DNA of 32,654 bases, taken from a virus. Shown here one piece after another: positions 32,466 through 32,654 of this stretch; position 1 is the stretch's first letter; every line of letters starts with the position of its first letter. The stretch lies in the IMG/VR virus record IMGVR_UViG_3300045988_125832, positions 1-32,654 of that record; one strand, 5' to 3'. Below the pieces are notes generated by a model that worked only from the letters and a program-made list of their open reading frames with translations, was not told where the DNA came from and searched no databases. Both the position numbers and the translations under genes were made by a program.

Positions 32466-32654
32466 TACGCATCCTCCTTTTTGCTCTCTTTACACATTCC
32501 TGTTTCATATCAAGATACTCACTCAATGCTTCTTTCTGTTTTCTTATACATTCATTCTTTTTTCGTTGTGTCTCTGTGAATGCTTTATACTTCCCGCATA
32601 CACTGTGACAACCAACTTTCCTGTCTACGCATTCCTTACATGGACAGTTTTTCA
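32455..32654 (-). CDS. 3' part (plus repeated middle) of the junction-spanning 66-aa Cys-rich protein gene
   Basis: Same frame as 100..1 through the 99-bp repeat. TAG at 32457-32455. Overlaps the next gene start (ATG 32465). Confidence 0.55.
   Translation of the reverse strand, partial: KNCPCKECVDRKVGCHSVCGKYKAFTETQRKKNECIRKQKEALSEYLDMKQECVKRAKRRMRNGK
32556..32654. repeat. Terminal direct repeat copy B (identical to 1..99)
   Basis: Same as copy A. Consistent with a circular-assembly overlap or genuine terminal redundancy. Confidence 0.95.

Larger units (their letters stand above)
1..32654. mobile_element. Complete temperate tailed-phage genome / excised prophage, closed into a circle by a 99-bp end overlap
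   Basis: Integrase, CI/Cro switch, replication, terminase, portal, protease, capsid, tail and lysis modules are all present. The window ends are identical over 99 bp. Confidence 0.85.

Noticed and set aside
1-32654. CRISPR arrays, rRNA genes, transposases, reverse transcriptases (DGR/retron)
   Set aside because: I looked for regularly spaced direct repeats and for the corresponding protein motifs. None were seen.

Overview
The window is a complete temperate tailed-phage genome (siphovirus-like, HK97-type head), or an excised prophage. Bases 1-99 are identical to 32556-32654, so the unique circle is 32,555 bp and one small gene spans the junction. Signals look Firmicutes/Clostridia-like (GGAGG-type SDs, Amidase_3+SH3 endolysin, phi13-type major tail protein), but the host cannot be named from sequence alone. 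Almost all genes are on the minus strand. Read in that direction from about 9.47 kb they run: Cro-like HTH, small early genes, HUH rolling-circle Rep, RNase H-like protein with substituted catalytic residues, sigma-70-like factor, SNF2-helicase/DNA-methyltransferase fusion, and a PAPS-reductase-family Fe-S protein. An acidic moron and the junction follow, then small Cys/Zn proteins, a small membrane-peptide cassette, endolysin, late regulator and holin. The rest is HNH, TerS, TerL, portal, protease, capsid, connectors, major tail, chaperones with a -1 frameshift, tape measure, Dit/Tal-like proteins and a receptor-binding protein. A plus-strand lysogeny block (9.6-13.4 kb) carries a CI/LexA-type repressor, a 92-aa protein, a 2TM SLATT/DUF4231-like protein and a DUF1863/ThsB-type TIR-like protein. 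It also holds an antisense PGDYG gene, a 25-codon holin-like-toxin ORF inside a structured RNA-like unit, and a tyrosine integrase. The best candidate for an uncharacterised system is the repressor-linked SLATT + TIR-like module. Other non-obvious signals are listed here. (1) A perfect 16-bp palindrome is present three times. (2) Two paralogous promoter-leader cassettes with a covarying hairpin fire head-on into the early operon. (3) A tRNA-like acceptor/T-arm element has an encoded CCA but no normal D or anticodon arms. (4) A self-contained promoter/operator/38-aa membrane-peptide/terminator cassette is flanked by 14-bp inverted repeats. All family assignments rest on motif recognition by eye and need HMM or structure confirmation.
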